Assembly: GCA_963662465.1 (NCBI GenBank)
Contig: OY759599.1
Coordinates: 2,400,001-2,464,000 of the forward strand
DNA: 64,000 bases
Reading direction: 5' to 3'
Source of the DNA: Desulfatiglandales bacterium
Lineage (GTDB): Bacteria > Desulfobacterota > DSM-4660 > Desulfatiglandales > Desulfatiglandaceae
Positions within the stretch are counted from its first letter, which is position 1. The number at the start of each line of letters is the position of its first letter. The translations under genes were made by a program, and so were the position numbers. Positions 18,106-27,426 of the stretch are shown in pieces. The notes under the pieces are model-generated. The model did no database searches, was not told the origin of the DNA, and saw only the letters and a program-made list of their open reading frames with translations.

Positions 18106-20334
18106 TTGAACAATGTGAAGACCCCACCTGAAAAATCCCAGAAGCCACCCAAAAAGTCGCTTCGCCTGGGTGAATATCTTGTAAAAATAGGCCTTATCAA
18201 TGAGGAAACCCTCAACGAGGCCCTCAAAATCCAGAAATCCGGTAAAAAGCGTCTGGGAGAGGTTCTTATGGATATGGGCGTTGCCGATGACGTGGTTATC
18301 GCCAAAGCCCTGGCAGTGCGCCTCAAAATACCCTACGGCAGGATTGACAATGCCAGTATTCCCAAAGACATCACATCGTTGATTCCGCCTGAACTTGCCG
18401 AAAACCACCAGGTTATACCACTGCGAAAAAAAGATAACCGGCTATTGGTTGCCATGGCCAATCCACTGGATCTCTATGCCCTTGAGGACCTGCGCTTTTA
18501 TACGCAACTGCCCATTGACCGGGCAGTTGCCCCTTCGAGTGATTTGGTCAAAGCCATTGAAAAGCACTACCCCAAGCAGGGTTCTGAAATGAATCTGGCG
18601 CTGGAATTTGGGACGGGGGAAGAAGATATTGAAGTTATCGAAAGGAAAAAGGAAAAAGAGACGCCCATAAGGGAACTTCAAGATCTTGGGGATCTTCCCC
18701 CCATTGTCAAATTTGTCAATTCCGTTATATCCAATGCCATTAAACTCAAAGCAAGCGATATCCATATTGAACCCCAAGAAAAATTTCTGGTGGTTCGATA
18801 CCGTATAGACGGCATTATGCGGGAAATCATCCGCAGGGATAAAAGCATCCATGCGGCCGTTGCTTCCCGAATAAAAATCATGTCCGATATGGATATTGCC
18901 ACCAAACGAAAGCCTCAGGACGGCAAAGCGCAGGTAAAGCAGGGCGGCAAGGTCTTTGACTTGAGGGTTTCTTCTCTGCCCACCAGCTACGGTGAAAAAG
19001 TCACCATCCGGATACTCAATCCCGCTACGGCGCAACTGAACCCTGAAGATCTGGGATTTTCCGAAAAGGACCTCAAATACCTACTGCGCGCCATCCACAT
19101 GCCCCAAGGCATCATCCTGGTAACGGGTCCCACCGGAAGCGGTAAATCATCGACCCTGTATGCCTGTTTAAACAAACTCAACTCTCCCGAAGTCAATATC
19201 ATTACCGTAGAAGATCCGGTTGAATTTGACGTCCCGGGCATCAACCAGGTCCCCATAAATCCCGCTGCCGGCATTACCTTTGCCAAAGGGTTACGGTCTA
19301 TTCTCAGGCAGGACCCGGATATTGTCATGGTCGGCGAAATCAGGGACCAGGAGACCGCCGTTACCGCCTTTCAAGCCGCCCAGACCGGCCATCTTGTTTT
19401 TTCCACGCTCCATACCAACGACGCACCTGCCGCCGTGGTGCGGCTCATGGATCTCGGCATTGACCCTTTCCTGGTGTCTTCCTCGCTGATTGCCGTGATT
19501 GGACAACGACTGGTCAGAAAAATTTGTGAATCATGCAAAGCGCCCGACAACCTGATTCCGGAGCAACTGGAGGAAATCCGGCACTACACGGGCAACAAAA
19601 AAGATGTGGTCTTCTGGAAAGGCACGGGCTGCGCCGCCTGTCAGCAAACCGGCTACTCCGGTCGGCTTGGTTTGTTTGAAGTATTAACCATAACCCCTGC
19701 CCTGAGGGAACTCATCGCCGGCAATCTCTCAAGCGAACAGCTTAAAATAAGGGCTCAAAAGGAAGGATTTCAGGTGATGTCCGTTGACGGCATTCAAAAA
19801 GCCCTTCAGGGACTAACCACCATTGAAGAGATTTTTCGCGTGGCGCCACCGGAAATCACGGCTGAACCCCCTGCCGGAACCATTGATTCCGGGGCACGGG
19901 AAGATTTCGCATCGAATGGAAAGAATGCCGACGACTCCTTCTGCTCCCTCACCACCGAGTGTCCCACCAAAATTCTCGCCGTTGACGACAATCTCGTTGT
20001 CCTCAAACTGCTCAGGCATCTGTTGGAATCAGAGGATTATCTCGTCATCACAGCGGAAAACGGCGTAGAAGCCCTTAAGCTGGCGTCGACTGAAAAACCC
20101 GACATTATCGTCACCGACTATGAAATGCCGGAAATGGATGGCGTCATGCTCATACGGAAGCTTAAAAGCCAAGCATCCACTCGCTTTATCCCCATCATGA
20201 TGCTGACGGCAAAAAGTGAGGAAAAATCGGAGTTGGAAGGCCTGAATGCGGGGGCCGATGATTATCTCACCAAGCCCATTGCCCGAAAACGGTTTCTGGC
20301 ACGGGTCGCACGGCTGCTCAAACGCACAAGATAG
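18106..20334 (+). CDS. GspE/PilB-family ATPase with a canonical N-terminal MshEN domain and a C-terminal receiver domain
   Basis: RLGEYLVKIGLI...RLGEVL, GPTGSGKS, TVEDPVE, GEIRD, TLHTND and CESC/CAAC; C-terminal KILAVDD...VTDYEMP...YLTKP. Confidence 0.92.
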   Translation: MNNVKTPPEKSQKPPKKSLRLGEYLVKIGLINEETLNEALKIQKSGKKRLGEVLMDMGVADDVVIAKALAVRLKIPYGRIDNASIPKDITSLIPPELAENHQVIPLRKKDNRLLVAMANPLDLYALEDLRFYTQLPIDRAVAPSSDLVKAIEKHYPKQGSEMNLALEFGTGEEDIEVIERKKEKETPIRELQDLGDLPPIVKFVNSVISNAIKLKASDIHIEPQEKFLVVRYRIDGIMREIIRRDKSIHAAVASRIKIMSDMDIATKRKPQDGKAQVKQGGKVFDLRVSSLPTSYGEKVTIRILNPATAQLNPEDLGFSEKDLKYLLRAIHMPQGIILVTGPTGSGKSSTLYACLNKLNSPEVNIITVEDPVEFDVPGINQVPINPAAGITFAKGLRSILRQDPDIVMVGEIRDQETAVTAFQAAQTGHLVFSTLHTNDAPAAVVRLMDLGIDPFLVSSSLIAVIGQRLVRKICESCKAPDNLIPEQLEEIRHYTGNKKDVVFWKGTGCAACQQTGYSGRLGLFEVLTITPALRELIAGNLSSEQLKIRAQKEGFQVMSVDGIQKALQGLTTIEEIFRVAPPEITAEPPAGTIDSGAREDFASNGKNADDSFCSLTTECPTKILAVDDNLVVLKLLRHLLESEDYLVITAENGVEALKLASTEKPDIIVTDYEMPEMDGVMLIRKLKSQASTRFIPIMMLTAKSEEKSELEGLNAGADDYLTKPIARKRFLARVARLLKRTR

Positions 20335-20349
20335 GGCTTTTCGAAATCA

Positions 20350-22635
20350 TCAGCGGGTGTCGTCGTCTCCTGAAATCGTACGGATAGCAGATTCAATCCA
20401 CGCCATGGCTTTTTGAACTGAATCCATGTAAGCCTGATCTTTCCTGATGGTCAGAAAATCCTGTTCCATATTTCTGATATGCGTCAAGAGCGGAAGGTCG
20501 TTTATATCTTCGTAGCGGGACAACCCTCTCACAGCAACCCGGAGGTGTTTCAGGCAGACCTCTTCAAACCCCTTTCCCCTTTTCTCCCGGTAGATTTCCG
20601 AAGCGGGATTGCCGTATGTCTTCACGGCGCTCCTGAGAACGGTGTGGCCGGGAGGCCGTCCAATGAGGGAAAGAAATATGTAACATTCCCGCTCCAGTGA
20701 AAGCAGAAACCGCAAGGGCATGGCGCCCTCTTTTGCACCCTTCTGAAACCCTTTCAGAAGTTCCCCATGAATGGTTCTGATTTTCTGAAAAAACGCATCC
20801 GTCTGGTTATCGATGGCATCTCCCGCAGCCTTCACCGCTTCCGGGCTTAACCCTTCTCTAACCAGCAGCACTTCTTCAGGGGTAATTTCAATATCGTTGT
20901 GAATCTCTTTATTGTATTTACGAAGCAAAACATTGGCCAGGATCAACGCGTTCCGATCCGAAAAGAGGACCATGCCCTGGGTCCGGCAAAAATCCGTCAG
21001 CAAAAGCGTCAGCGCCGCGGGAGATTGGTTCATCTCGAAAATCAGGGACTGAAGGGAATTCAAAAAGGCGACGCGATCCTTGCGACTCAAGGTCTCTTTC
21101 AGATAATGCCACAAAAACCCAAAAACCTTCACCCCGTATTTTGCCATATGGGGAATGCTTTTTTCAAAGGCATTTCTCAAAAATGATCCCGTCCCATCAA
21201 AGCACCCTTTCAACAATTCTAAAATCGCCTTTGCCTCTTCAACGGATATCCCGAAGTCCCTGGCAATGGCCTCATAATCCCGGTCATCAAAATCCATGGG
21301 TTTGTGGACCATTTCCTTGATCTTTTTCTTGGTCAGCACCCGTCTTTTAAAATAGGTCACCATGCTCAGGAGTTTCCGGGTCAAAGTGACCCCGCCGGCG
21401 CCCCCTTGAGCATTCCCATACCGGGTTTCCGGCTGATTGGCCGCAAGCGCTTCAAAAACATCATCATGCACCTGGCCCAGGCGCCTTTCAACATTGTTGA
21501 GTACTTCCTTTTCAGCCCGTTGACTGAAATGATGGGCTGAATCCAGTAAATGGGACACCCTCATGAGACGTATGTTCAAATTCTCCGGACTGACCCCGGA
21601 AAAATCCTTTCCATAAACGCTGTCGATGGTCTGAGCCAGTTTTTGTGGAGATCCGCCGTACCGTTCGGCAATCATCCGCACTACCTCACCCTTTTCCGGC
21701 GTAAACACCTCGTCACCCCTACCGACAATCAACCGCCGCAGATTGTTGATCTCAACCGAGGGCTTGCGTAACTTTTCCCGGACGTTCTTAAAGGCAAACA
21801 GAGCGTCATAAGCACTGACGTATTGTTCCAGCGCCGCCGTTGCATCCGGTTTTTTCATCAACCCCTGCAGTTTTCGAACCAGGGACTGTATGGTCGCGAC
21901 CTTCAGTCCATTCACACCGGCCAGAAGCGTCAGATTCGGATCAGGCTCGCCTTTGTCATTATAAACCACCGGAAGAGACGCATCCTGGTTTGCCGCGTTT
22001 CCTGAAGCCGGTATCTTAACCCTGTAGGCGCCGAAAAACCGCCCGGCGGTTTGAAGTGCAAGGCACATCAAATCCCGATCTTCCGGTTCCCATTTGCCGA
22101 ACGTAAAACAGATGGAATTGATATCCAGGGAAGGGAAACGATCGAACGCGGCTTTCAATTTTCCCGGCAAGTGGGACATAGAAATGCCTTTACGATTCGC
22201 CAGGGCCTTTACGATGGGAATATCCACCGAAAAATCTTCGCAGGCCACCACATAATCCACACGCTCAAAATCGATCTTTTCATCGGGCATTCGCATGCCG
22301 CGATAACGAATCAGGATCATGCCGTTTCGCTCGGTCATGCCATGGATTTTGGTCAGCATATCCATTACCGGCGCCACATCTTCCGCTTTAATCGATTGCA
22401 GTCCATGCAACTTGATTTTGGAAAAATACTGGGCCAGAACATACACAAAGTCCACCAGAACAATGCGCCATAAATCCATCAGATCCTGTTCTTCACCCAA
22501 AGGATCCGACGAGAGTTCTCCCCCATTGCCAGATGCGTCATGCCCCCTTTCGCGCGTATCAATGCCACCGAGTTGCTCAAAAAGTTTTTGGGCTTCTTCG
22601 TCCAGCACCAGGCCATTCTTGGATATCGCACTCAA
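20350..22635 (-). CDS. Large hypothetical soluble protein (about 760 aa)
   Basis: Long ORF; TTG start at 22635 after a strong RBS AGGAGGA; no recognised motif. Confidence 0.8.
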   Translation of the reverse strand: MSAISKNGLVLDEEAQKLFEQLGGIDTRERGHDASGNGGELSSDPLGEEQDLMDLWRIVLVDFVYVLAQYFSKIKLHGLQSIKAEDVAPVMDMLTKIHGMTERNGMILIRYRGMRMPDEKIDFERVDYVVACEDFSVDIPIVKALANRKGISMSHLPGKLKAAFDRFPSLDINSICFTFGKWEPEDRDLMCLALQTAGRFFGAYRVKIPASGNAANQDASLPVVYNDKGEPDPNLTLLAGVNGLKVATIQSLVRKLQGLMKKPDATAALEQYVSAYDALFAFKNVREKLRKPSVEINNLRRLIVGRGDEVFTPEKGEVVRMIAERYGGSPQKLAQTIDSVYGKDFSGVSPENLNIRLMRVSHLLDSAHHFSQRAEKEVLNNVERRLGQVHDDVFEALAANQPETRYGNAQGGAGGVTLTRKLLSMVTYFKRRVLTKKKIKEMVHKPMDFDDRDYEAIARDFGISVEEAKAILELLKGCFDGTGSFLRNAFEKSIPHMAKYGVKVFGFLWHYLKETLSRKDRVAFLNSLQSLIFEMNQSPAALTLLLTDFCRTQGMVLFSDRNALILANVLLRKYNKEIHNDIEITPEEVLLVREGLSPEAVKAAGDAIDNQTDAFFQKIRTIHGELLKGFQKGAKEGAMPLRFLLSLERECYIFLSLIGRPPGHTVLRSAVKTYGNPASEIYREKRGKGFEEVCLKHLRVAVRGLSRYEDINDLPLLTHIRNMEQDFLTIRKDQAYMDSVQKAMAWIESAIRTISGDDDTR

Positions 22636-22645
22636 ACTATTCCTC

Positions 22646-23839
22646 CTAAGACAAAGATCTGAGAAAGAGGGAAAACATGATGCCCAGGGCCGCGGAAAAT
22701 CCCAGGAACCAGGGCGCAACCTGCCACCCGCCGGTGTTTAACACGAGCAGTCCCAGGACAGGAGGGCCCACCAACTGTCCCAACTGCGCACCCTGAATCA
22801 TCAACCCGTTGGTAGAAGCCACAAGGTTCGGGGAAGGAGCATGAACAGGCGCCCCACTCAACACGGATGATGGGATAAGACCGCCGATGCCTGAAAACAG
22901 AAGGCAGGCGCCGTAACGGATCATAAACGGCCATATGGGTGAATAAATGGCAAGGCTGCACAACCCCATGATCAAACTGGCCAAAGCAACCAGTTGCCAT
23001 CGCCTGGCCCCCCTTTGTAGAAGCCACCCCCCCGCCAGATTGCCGGGCATGTTCATGGCAACCATAATCGCCGTCAGCACCGAGGCCCGCGCCGGACTCA
23101 GACCGTGATCTTCAATGAGCAGGGTTGGCAAAAATCCCATCACCGTCAGCCACTGCAAGGCATAGGTGGCAAAAATCGCCGAAAGAAGAAGAGGCCCCCT
23201 GGCGCATGCGGTTGATGCAACGTCTTTCAGGATCTGTTTCCATTGAAAAGTTTTTCCGCCAAAAACACCCACCACATCCCTGGTGGCCATTGCTACCCAC
23301 AAAGCATAGGCGAGCAGAATCAGGCAATTCACCTGCCACAGCCCACGCCAGCCGAACTGCGTCGTTATAAGGGGCGAGAACAGCATGATCGCCGCCACGC
23401 CCACCGGCACATAACAGCTCCATACGGAAAGCGCCAGCCTCTGATGGCGCAAAGGGGTGATCTTGAAAATCATGGCGGGCGCGGCAACCCCAATCATAAA
23501 AAATCCAAACCCCTCCATTACCCGGGTCAAAAGAAGCAACCCGGAGTTCCATGAAAATGAACCCGCAAAGCTGGCCGATGCCTGGCACAACAGACCCCAC
23601 AAAACAAACCGCCGATGGCCAACGGTATCGGCAACAGCCCCGATAACTGAACCCAACAGAAACCCCGTAATGCTGAAAGCGGACAAAATCCAACCCGCCA
23701 GGAACAGATTCATTCCCAATTCCATTCGAATCGCGGGAAGCATCGGCGGCGCTTTTCCCACCTGGAAAGAGGCCACTATGCCCGCGCCTACCAGCAACAA
23801 CACCCGCGCCCAGGGGGTTTCTTCGGTTTGGATACGCAT
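22646..23839 (-). CDS. MFS transporter (CynX/NimT-like)
   Basis: About 12 hydrophobic segments, motif A-like GAVADTVGHRR, and LLTRVMEG. Confidence 0.88.
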   Translation of the reverse strand: MRIQTEETPWARVLLLVGAGIVASFQVGKAPPMLPAIRMELGMNLFLAGWILSAFSITGFLLGSVIGAVADTVGHRRFVLWGLLCQASASFAGSFSWNSGLLLLTRVMEGFGFFMIGVAAPAMIFKITPLRHQRLALSVWSCYVPVGVAAIMLFSPLITTQFGWRGLWQVNCLILLAYALWVAMATRDVVGVFGGKTFQWKQILKDVASTACARGPLLLSAIFATYALQWLTVMGFLPTLLIEDHGLSPARASVLTAIMVAMNMPGNLAGGWLLQRGARRWQLVALASLIMGLCSLAIYSPIWPFMIRYGACLLFSGIGGLIPSSVLSGAPVHAPSPNLVASTNGLMIQGAQLGQLVGPPVLGLLVLNTGGWQVAPWFLGFSAALGIMFSLFLRSLS

Positions 23840-23863
23840 AAGCGTTACTCCCGACAGCAGTGT

Positions 23864-24205
23864 TCAGAGTACCCCTTCCAGATCTTCAAACTGATCTTCA
23901 ATCCGGTAGAGGGTCTGATCCAGCTCATTGAGGCGCCGAGCCAGAAGATGCTCCCTGGCCTGATCTTTCAGTTTTTCCATATTTCCAACATAAGGCGCTA
24001 TTTGCTCCCGAACGCCTGCAGGGGTATCGGGATGTTCAAAAATGGTCGTAAAGGTATCCACCAGGTCATAAAATGAAATTTCATTTTTAAGGATCTCCTG
24101 ATAGGAAAGCCCTCGCAATAACCCAACCAGACGAGGAAATCGCTTTTCAAAAGGCACTTCATAAAAAGGAATCACACGGATATCGATTTGCATGAATTGG
24201 CTCAT
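23864..24205 (-). CDS. Hypothetical protein (113 aa)
   Basis: RBS GAGGT before ATG; first gene of a probable three-gene minus-strand unit. Confidence 0.7.
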   Translation of the reverse strand: MSQFMQIDIRVIPFYEVPFEKRFPRLVGLLRGLSYQEILKNEISFYDLVDTFTTIFEHPDTPAGVREQIAPYVGNMEKLKDQAREHLLARRLNELDQTLYRIEDQFEDLEGVL

Positions 24206-24230
24206 ATTTACCTCGCTTGGACAGCATCAG

Positions 24231-24257
24231 CGGGCAGGCACAGGGGCCTGCCCCTAC
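24231..24257 (-). repeat. GTAG-type REP-like palindrome
   Basis: Minus strand GTAG-GGGCAGGC-CCCTGT-GCCTGCCC: a GTAG foot plus an 8-bp GC-rich stem, the layout of RAYT-associated REPs. Single copy in the window. Confidence 0.6.
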
Positions 24258-24281
24258 AATAACATCCAGCGCCTAATGTTT

Positions 24282-24320
24282 TTCCCCTTATTCCCAGACA
24301 GAATATGGGAATAAGGGGAA
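24282..24320. other. Perfect 15-bp inverted repeat (hairpin)
   Basis: TTCCCCTTATTCCCA-N9-TGGGAATAAGGGGAA. Confidence 0.75.
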
Positions 24321-24422
24321 TGCGCCGTCCGTGAATGGCAACGAAAAAAACAAACCGCAGCCTATCTCAAAAACCATAATTAGAATTGCTGCAACCCTTC
24401 CGGTCTACTTTACTAGCGTGTA

Positions 24423-24451
24423 AGGATAGCGTATAATAAATGAAAAAGCAA
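24423..24451 (-). promoter_or_regulatory. Candidate sigma70 promoter TTGCTT-N17-TATCCT
   Basis: Hexamers with 17-bp spacing, about 215 bp upstream of the 24205 start. Confidence 0.45.
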
Positions 24452-24530
24452 ATTTGAAGCGCAGCCTCGAAAAAGCGTAAGACCCGTTTTCCGCTTGCGT
24501 AAAAACCGAAAACATCCGGCTGCCACATTT

Positions 24531-24546
24531 TGGCACGAATATTGCT
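24531..24546 (+). promoter_or_regulatory. Sigma54 (-24/-12) promoter upstream of the lytic transglycosylase
   Basis: TGGCACGAATATTGCT matches TGGCACG-N4-TTGCW. Confidence 0.8.
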
Positions 24547-24638
24547 TATGTTTTTAGGAGTTTTGACGTGACAACAATTTTCGAACTGCGGGAATCCAGT
24601 TTTAAAATAACGCCTACCGCAGCCAACTGCAGAGCAAA

Positions 24639-25343
24639 ATGCAAAAAAAAATTCAAACCACAGTTAACGCTAAAGAATTAAAATACCTTCTGATCTTCCT
24701 CTGTTTGATGGTCTTCTGCAATAACGCCTGGGCTTCCCCATTGAGCGATAAGCTGGCCATGCTCGGATATAGCGAGGAAGAAATCCGCGGCATTGTCTCA
24801 GGAAGAAAGAACTTCAAAGCAATGCAATTGCGTTACAAGATAGAAATGTTGGGTTACGAGCAAGCAAAACCCTCTCCCATGAAGTCCATACTCCAGGGTC
24901 ATCCACTTTCCAGAACGCTCGTCGGCAAGGGGCTTTCGGAAAAGGAAAAATGCTACCTCGACATTGTCAAAGATGCAGCCGAAAAAAACAATATCGCAAA
25001 GAGTCTGCTTTTGGCCGTTATTAAGGTCGAATCCGATTTTGATGCCAATGCGGTTTCCCCAAAAGGCGCCATGGGCCTGATGCAACTCATGCCCGGAACA
25101 GCCGACGACCTTGGCGTGAAAGATCCTTTCGATCCCAAAGAAAACATACAGGGCGGCGCTAAATATCTCTCCGATTGCATCAACAACCTCATGGATTTAA
25201 AACTTGGACTTGCCGCATACAATGCCGGACCCAACCTGGTGGCAAGACTTAAGAAGATTCCCGCAATAACGGAAACTCAAAATTATGTTGAAAATGTTAT
25301 GAAGCATATCAAAATTTACGAGGGCCTAACGTTCTCAAAGTGA
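24639..25343 (+). CDS. Lytic transglycosylase (SLT domain), exported
   Basis: Signal peptide ending AWA; VES catalytic Glu, SPKGAMGLMQLMP, AAYNAG and ETQNYV. Confidence 0.92.
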   Translation: MQKKIQTTVNAKELKYLLIFLCLMVFCNNAWASPLSDKLAMLGYSEEEIRGIVSGRKNFKAMQLRYKIEMLGYEQAKPSPMKSILQGHPLSRTLVGKGLSEKEKCYLDIVKDAAEKNNIAKSLLLAVIKVESDFDANAVSPKGAMGLMQLMPGTADDLGVKDPFDPKENIQGGAKYLSDCINNLMDLKLGLAAYNAGPNLVARLKKIPAITETQNYVENVMKHIKIYEGLTFSK

Positions 25344-25485
25344 CAGTTTTTTTGAAATCTCAGCCTCCCCGGATCGGCAATTCATTTAGGCCTTTTTTTA
25401 CCTAACCGGCAAAATTTTCCCTCCCCATGCCCGGCACAACAATGCAAATAATTAAAATATTTATCATTTTTTTACATCATCTTTT

Positions 25486-25501
25486 TGGCACGTAATGTGC
25501 A
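25486..25501 (+). promoter_or_regulatory. Sigma54 promoter upstream of the first motAB-like pair
   Basis: TGGCACGTAATGTGCA with GG-N10-GC spacing. Confidence 0.7.
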
Positions 25502-25536
25502 AGGTAGAAAACAAAAAAACAAGCGGAGGAAAAATT

Positions 25537-26343
25537 ATGATCCAGGTGTTGATTTTGGTGATGGGTGCAATTGTTTTTCTGTTTCTGACGGGAAGCGCCA
25601 TGGGCGAAATATCCGAAATTGTGAATCTCAAGAGTGGTTTAATGGTCCTGGGCGGAACTTTGATGTGCGCCTTGCTGGCCTTTCCCATCAAGACCTTCAA
25701 GGATCTTATCAGAAGCCTGGTGGAAGTGTTTCGGTATGAAGAAGAAAATAACGAAGACATGCTGTCTCAAATAGTAAACCTGGCTCACATCCGGTGGCTT
25801 TACGGCATTAGGGAAATGGAAGAAGAGGGGAAAAAAGCAGATCATCCTTTCCTGCGCAAAGGCATTTCACTCATAGCGGATGATTACGACCGTTACGAAA
25901 TTTTCAACATCCTTGAAAAAGATGTCGAGCTTTTTTTCTCAAAAAGGACATCCCAAATCAACATTCTGGATACCCTTGGCAAACTGGCCCCCGCTTTCGG
26001 ATTTGTGGGTACAATCATCGGACTGATCAGCGTACTCAGCAATATGGAAAACCCCACCGAAATCGGCAAAGGAATGTCAATTGCCCTTCTCACAACCCTC
26101 TACGGTTCTCTAATCTCCAACTTCTTTTTTCTGCCTTTGGCCAAAAAGCTCTCGGAATTCACCAAGACGCAGGCAATGGAATTCAACATCGTTATGGAGG
26201 GGGTTATGGATATATGCGACAAAAAGAATCCCAAAGCCATCGCCCACAGACTCAGATCCTATTCGGGGCTGCACACCCCCACACGGTCGGAAAGGCTTCC
26301 TTCGCCATCACCCGTGGGCAGGCACGCCTCTGATTTTTCATAA
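25537..26343 (+). CDS. motA: MotA/PomA-family stator A subunit (divergent copy)
   Basis: VLGGT, APAFGFVGTIIGLI, ALLTTLYG and PLAKKL; start ATG 25537 after GGAGGA. Confidence 0.85.
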   Translation: MIQVLILVMGAIVFLFLTGSAMGEISEIVNLKSGLMVLGGTLMCALLAFPIKTFKDLIRSLVEVFRYEEENNEDMLSQIVNLAHIRWLYGIREMEEEGKKADHPFLRKGISLIADDYDRYEIFNILEKDVELFFSKRTSQINILDTLGKLAPAFGFVGTIIGLISVLSNMENPTEIGKGMSIALLTTLYGSLISNFFFLPLAKKLSEFTKTQAMEFNIVMEGVMDICDKKNPKAIAHRLRSYSGLHTPTRSERLPSPSPVGRHASDFS

Positions 26344-26368
26344 ACAAATAGAATGGTGAGGCCACAAA

Positions 26369-27271
26369 ATGCGCGGAACAAATGAAGAAGAGTTGAATCG
26401 GCGACTCAAATTTTCAGAGCAAAAGAGAACCCATCTAAAAACCTTGCTTGCCCAACGCGATTCGGGAGAGGATACCTTTGTATGGAGCCTGGTTGACCTG
26501 ATGACCTTGCTTCTGATCTTCTTTATTTTCATGTATTCCCAACATGCGGGCCCGATTTTTTCAGCACCGGATGCGATTCTCCCGCCACCCATTGAGAATA
26601 CGGAAATCAAATCCCAGGCGCTTCGGTCCAATCAAGGAACGTTTGAAGCCGACATATCGAGTGACTCAAGGAAGATCCTTAATGCATTGACAATGGATTT
26701 TCCCAAGAAACCTAAAACGGTCGCCGCAACCACAACAATGGGACCGCTTGATACGTCTGAAAAGATCGCAACGGATGAATCCATAAATGAGTTGAAGCAA
26801 GAAGCTCTGGCAGCACTGGACGAAAGCCATGGGGAAACCTTTTCAATCCGGTGGAACGAACACAGGCTGGTCTTTATTCTGGGGGAACGGGTCACATTTC
26901 CGGTGGGCCAAGCGAAATTATTGAGGACATCTCAACCCACACTCAAAAGAATTGCAAACATGATCGCTTCACAGAAAGATTTCAAAGTACTGGTTTCCGG
27001 CCATACCGACAACACCCCCATTGACACCTATCAGTTTCCGTCCAATTGGGAACTTTCTGCGGCCCGGGCTATTTCCGTTGCGAAAGCCCTCTCTCAAAAC
27101 GGGGTTGATCCGATCCGCCTTTCCATCCAGGGTTATGCAGAGTTCCGTCCGCTTCACCCAAATTCCACACGGGAAAACAAACAGGCCAACCGAAGGGTAG
27201 AAATCACGCTGATTAAACAACAGTCCGAGAGAAAAGGACAAAACTTCACACCAGCGCCGGATCAACCATAA
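26369..27271 (+). CDS. motB: MotB-family stator B subunit with an OmpA-like peptidoglycan-binding domain (divergent copy)
   Basis: TM segment LVDLMTLLLIFF with the conserved Asp; GHTD, SNWELSAARA and NRRVEI. Confidence 0.85.
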   Translation: MRGTNEEELNRRLKFSEQKRTHLKTLLAQRDSGEDTFVWSLVDLMTLLLIFFIFMYSQHAGPIFSAPDAILPPPIENTEIKSQALRSNQGTFEADISSDSRKILNALTMDFPKKPKTVAATTTMGPLDTSEKIATDESINELKQEALAALDESHGETFSIRWNEHRLVFILGERVTFPVGQAKLLRTSQPTLKRIANMIASQKDFKVLVSGHTDNTPIDTYQFPSNWELSAARAISVAKALSQNGVDPIRLSIQGYAEFRPLHPNSTRENKQANRRVEITLIKQQSERKGQNFTPAPDQP

Positions 27272-27348
27272 ATCCCGACATCCTTCCCAAAACGCTCTCT
27301 CTTTTCACAACCCACCTCAAAAAAAATCCCTTTTTCACGATTTTTTTC

Positions 27349-27376
27349 TAAAGTTATGCGACAAGGGGACCGATAA
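27349..27376 (+). promoter_or_regulatory. Candidate sigma28 (FliA/SigD) promoter
   Basis: TAAA-N16-ACCGATAA versus consensus TAAA-N15/16-GCCGATAA, 50 bp upstream of the FlaG-like gene. Confidence 0.7.
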
Positions 27377-27426
27377 AACAGCTGAAGGGTTTTTTATTCA
27401 CATTAAACAGGGAAGGGAGGATCGCC

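Noticed and set aside
14183..20334. Type IV pilus or type II secretion operon
   Set aside because: Only ATPases are present; no platform protein, pilins, peptidase or secretin were found.
24385..24412. SRP (4.5S) RNA domain IV look-alike on the minus strand (AGACCGGAAGGGTTGCAGC)
   Set aside because: The conserved CAGG/AGCA internal loop is not matched and no long enclosing stem is visible.
24388..24432. c-di-GMP-I (GEMM) riboswitch on the plus strand (TCCGGTCTA...GATAGCG)
   Set aside because: The GNRA-capped P2 stem and the 3' pairing strand are missing, and the site lies upstream of the sigma54 promoter. An Infernal scan would settle it.
25432..25446. Additional sigma54 site CGGCACAACAATGCA
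   Set aside because: GG-to-GC spacing is 9, not 10.
25537..27271. Divergent MotAB as a Zorya (ZorAB) anti-phage motor
   Set aside because: The A subunit is about 270 aa with no long cytoplasmic tail, no ZorC/D/E-like helicase or nuclease genes are nearby, and the context is fliL and flagellar promoters.
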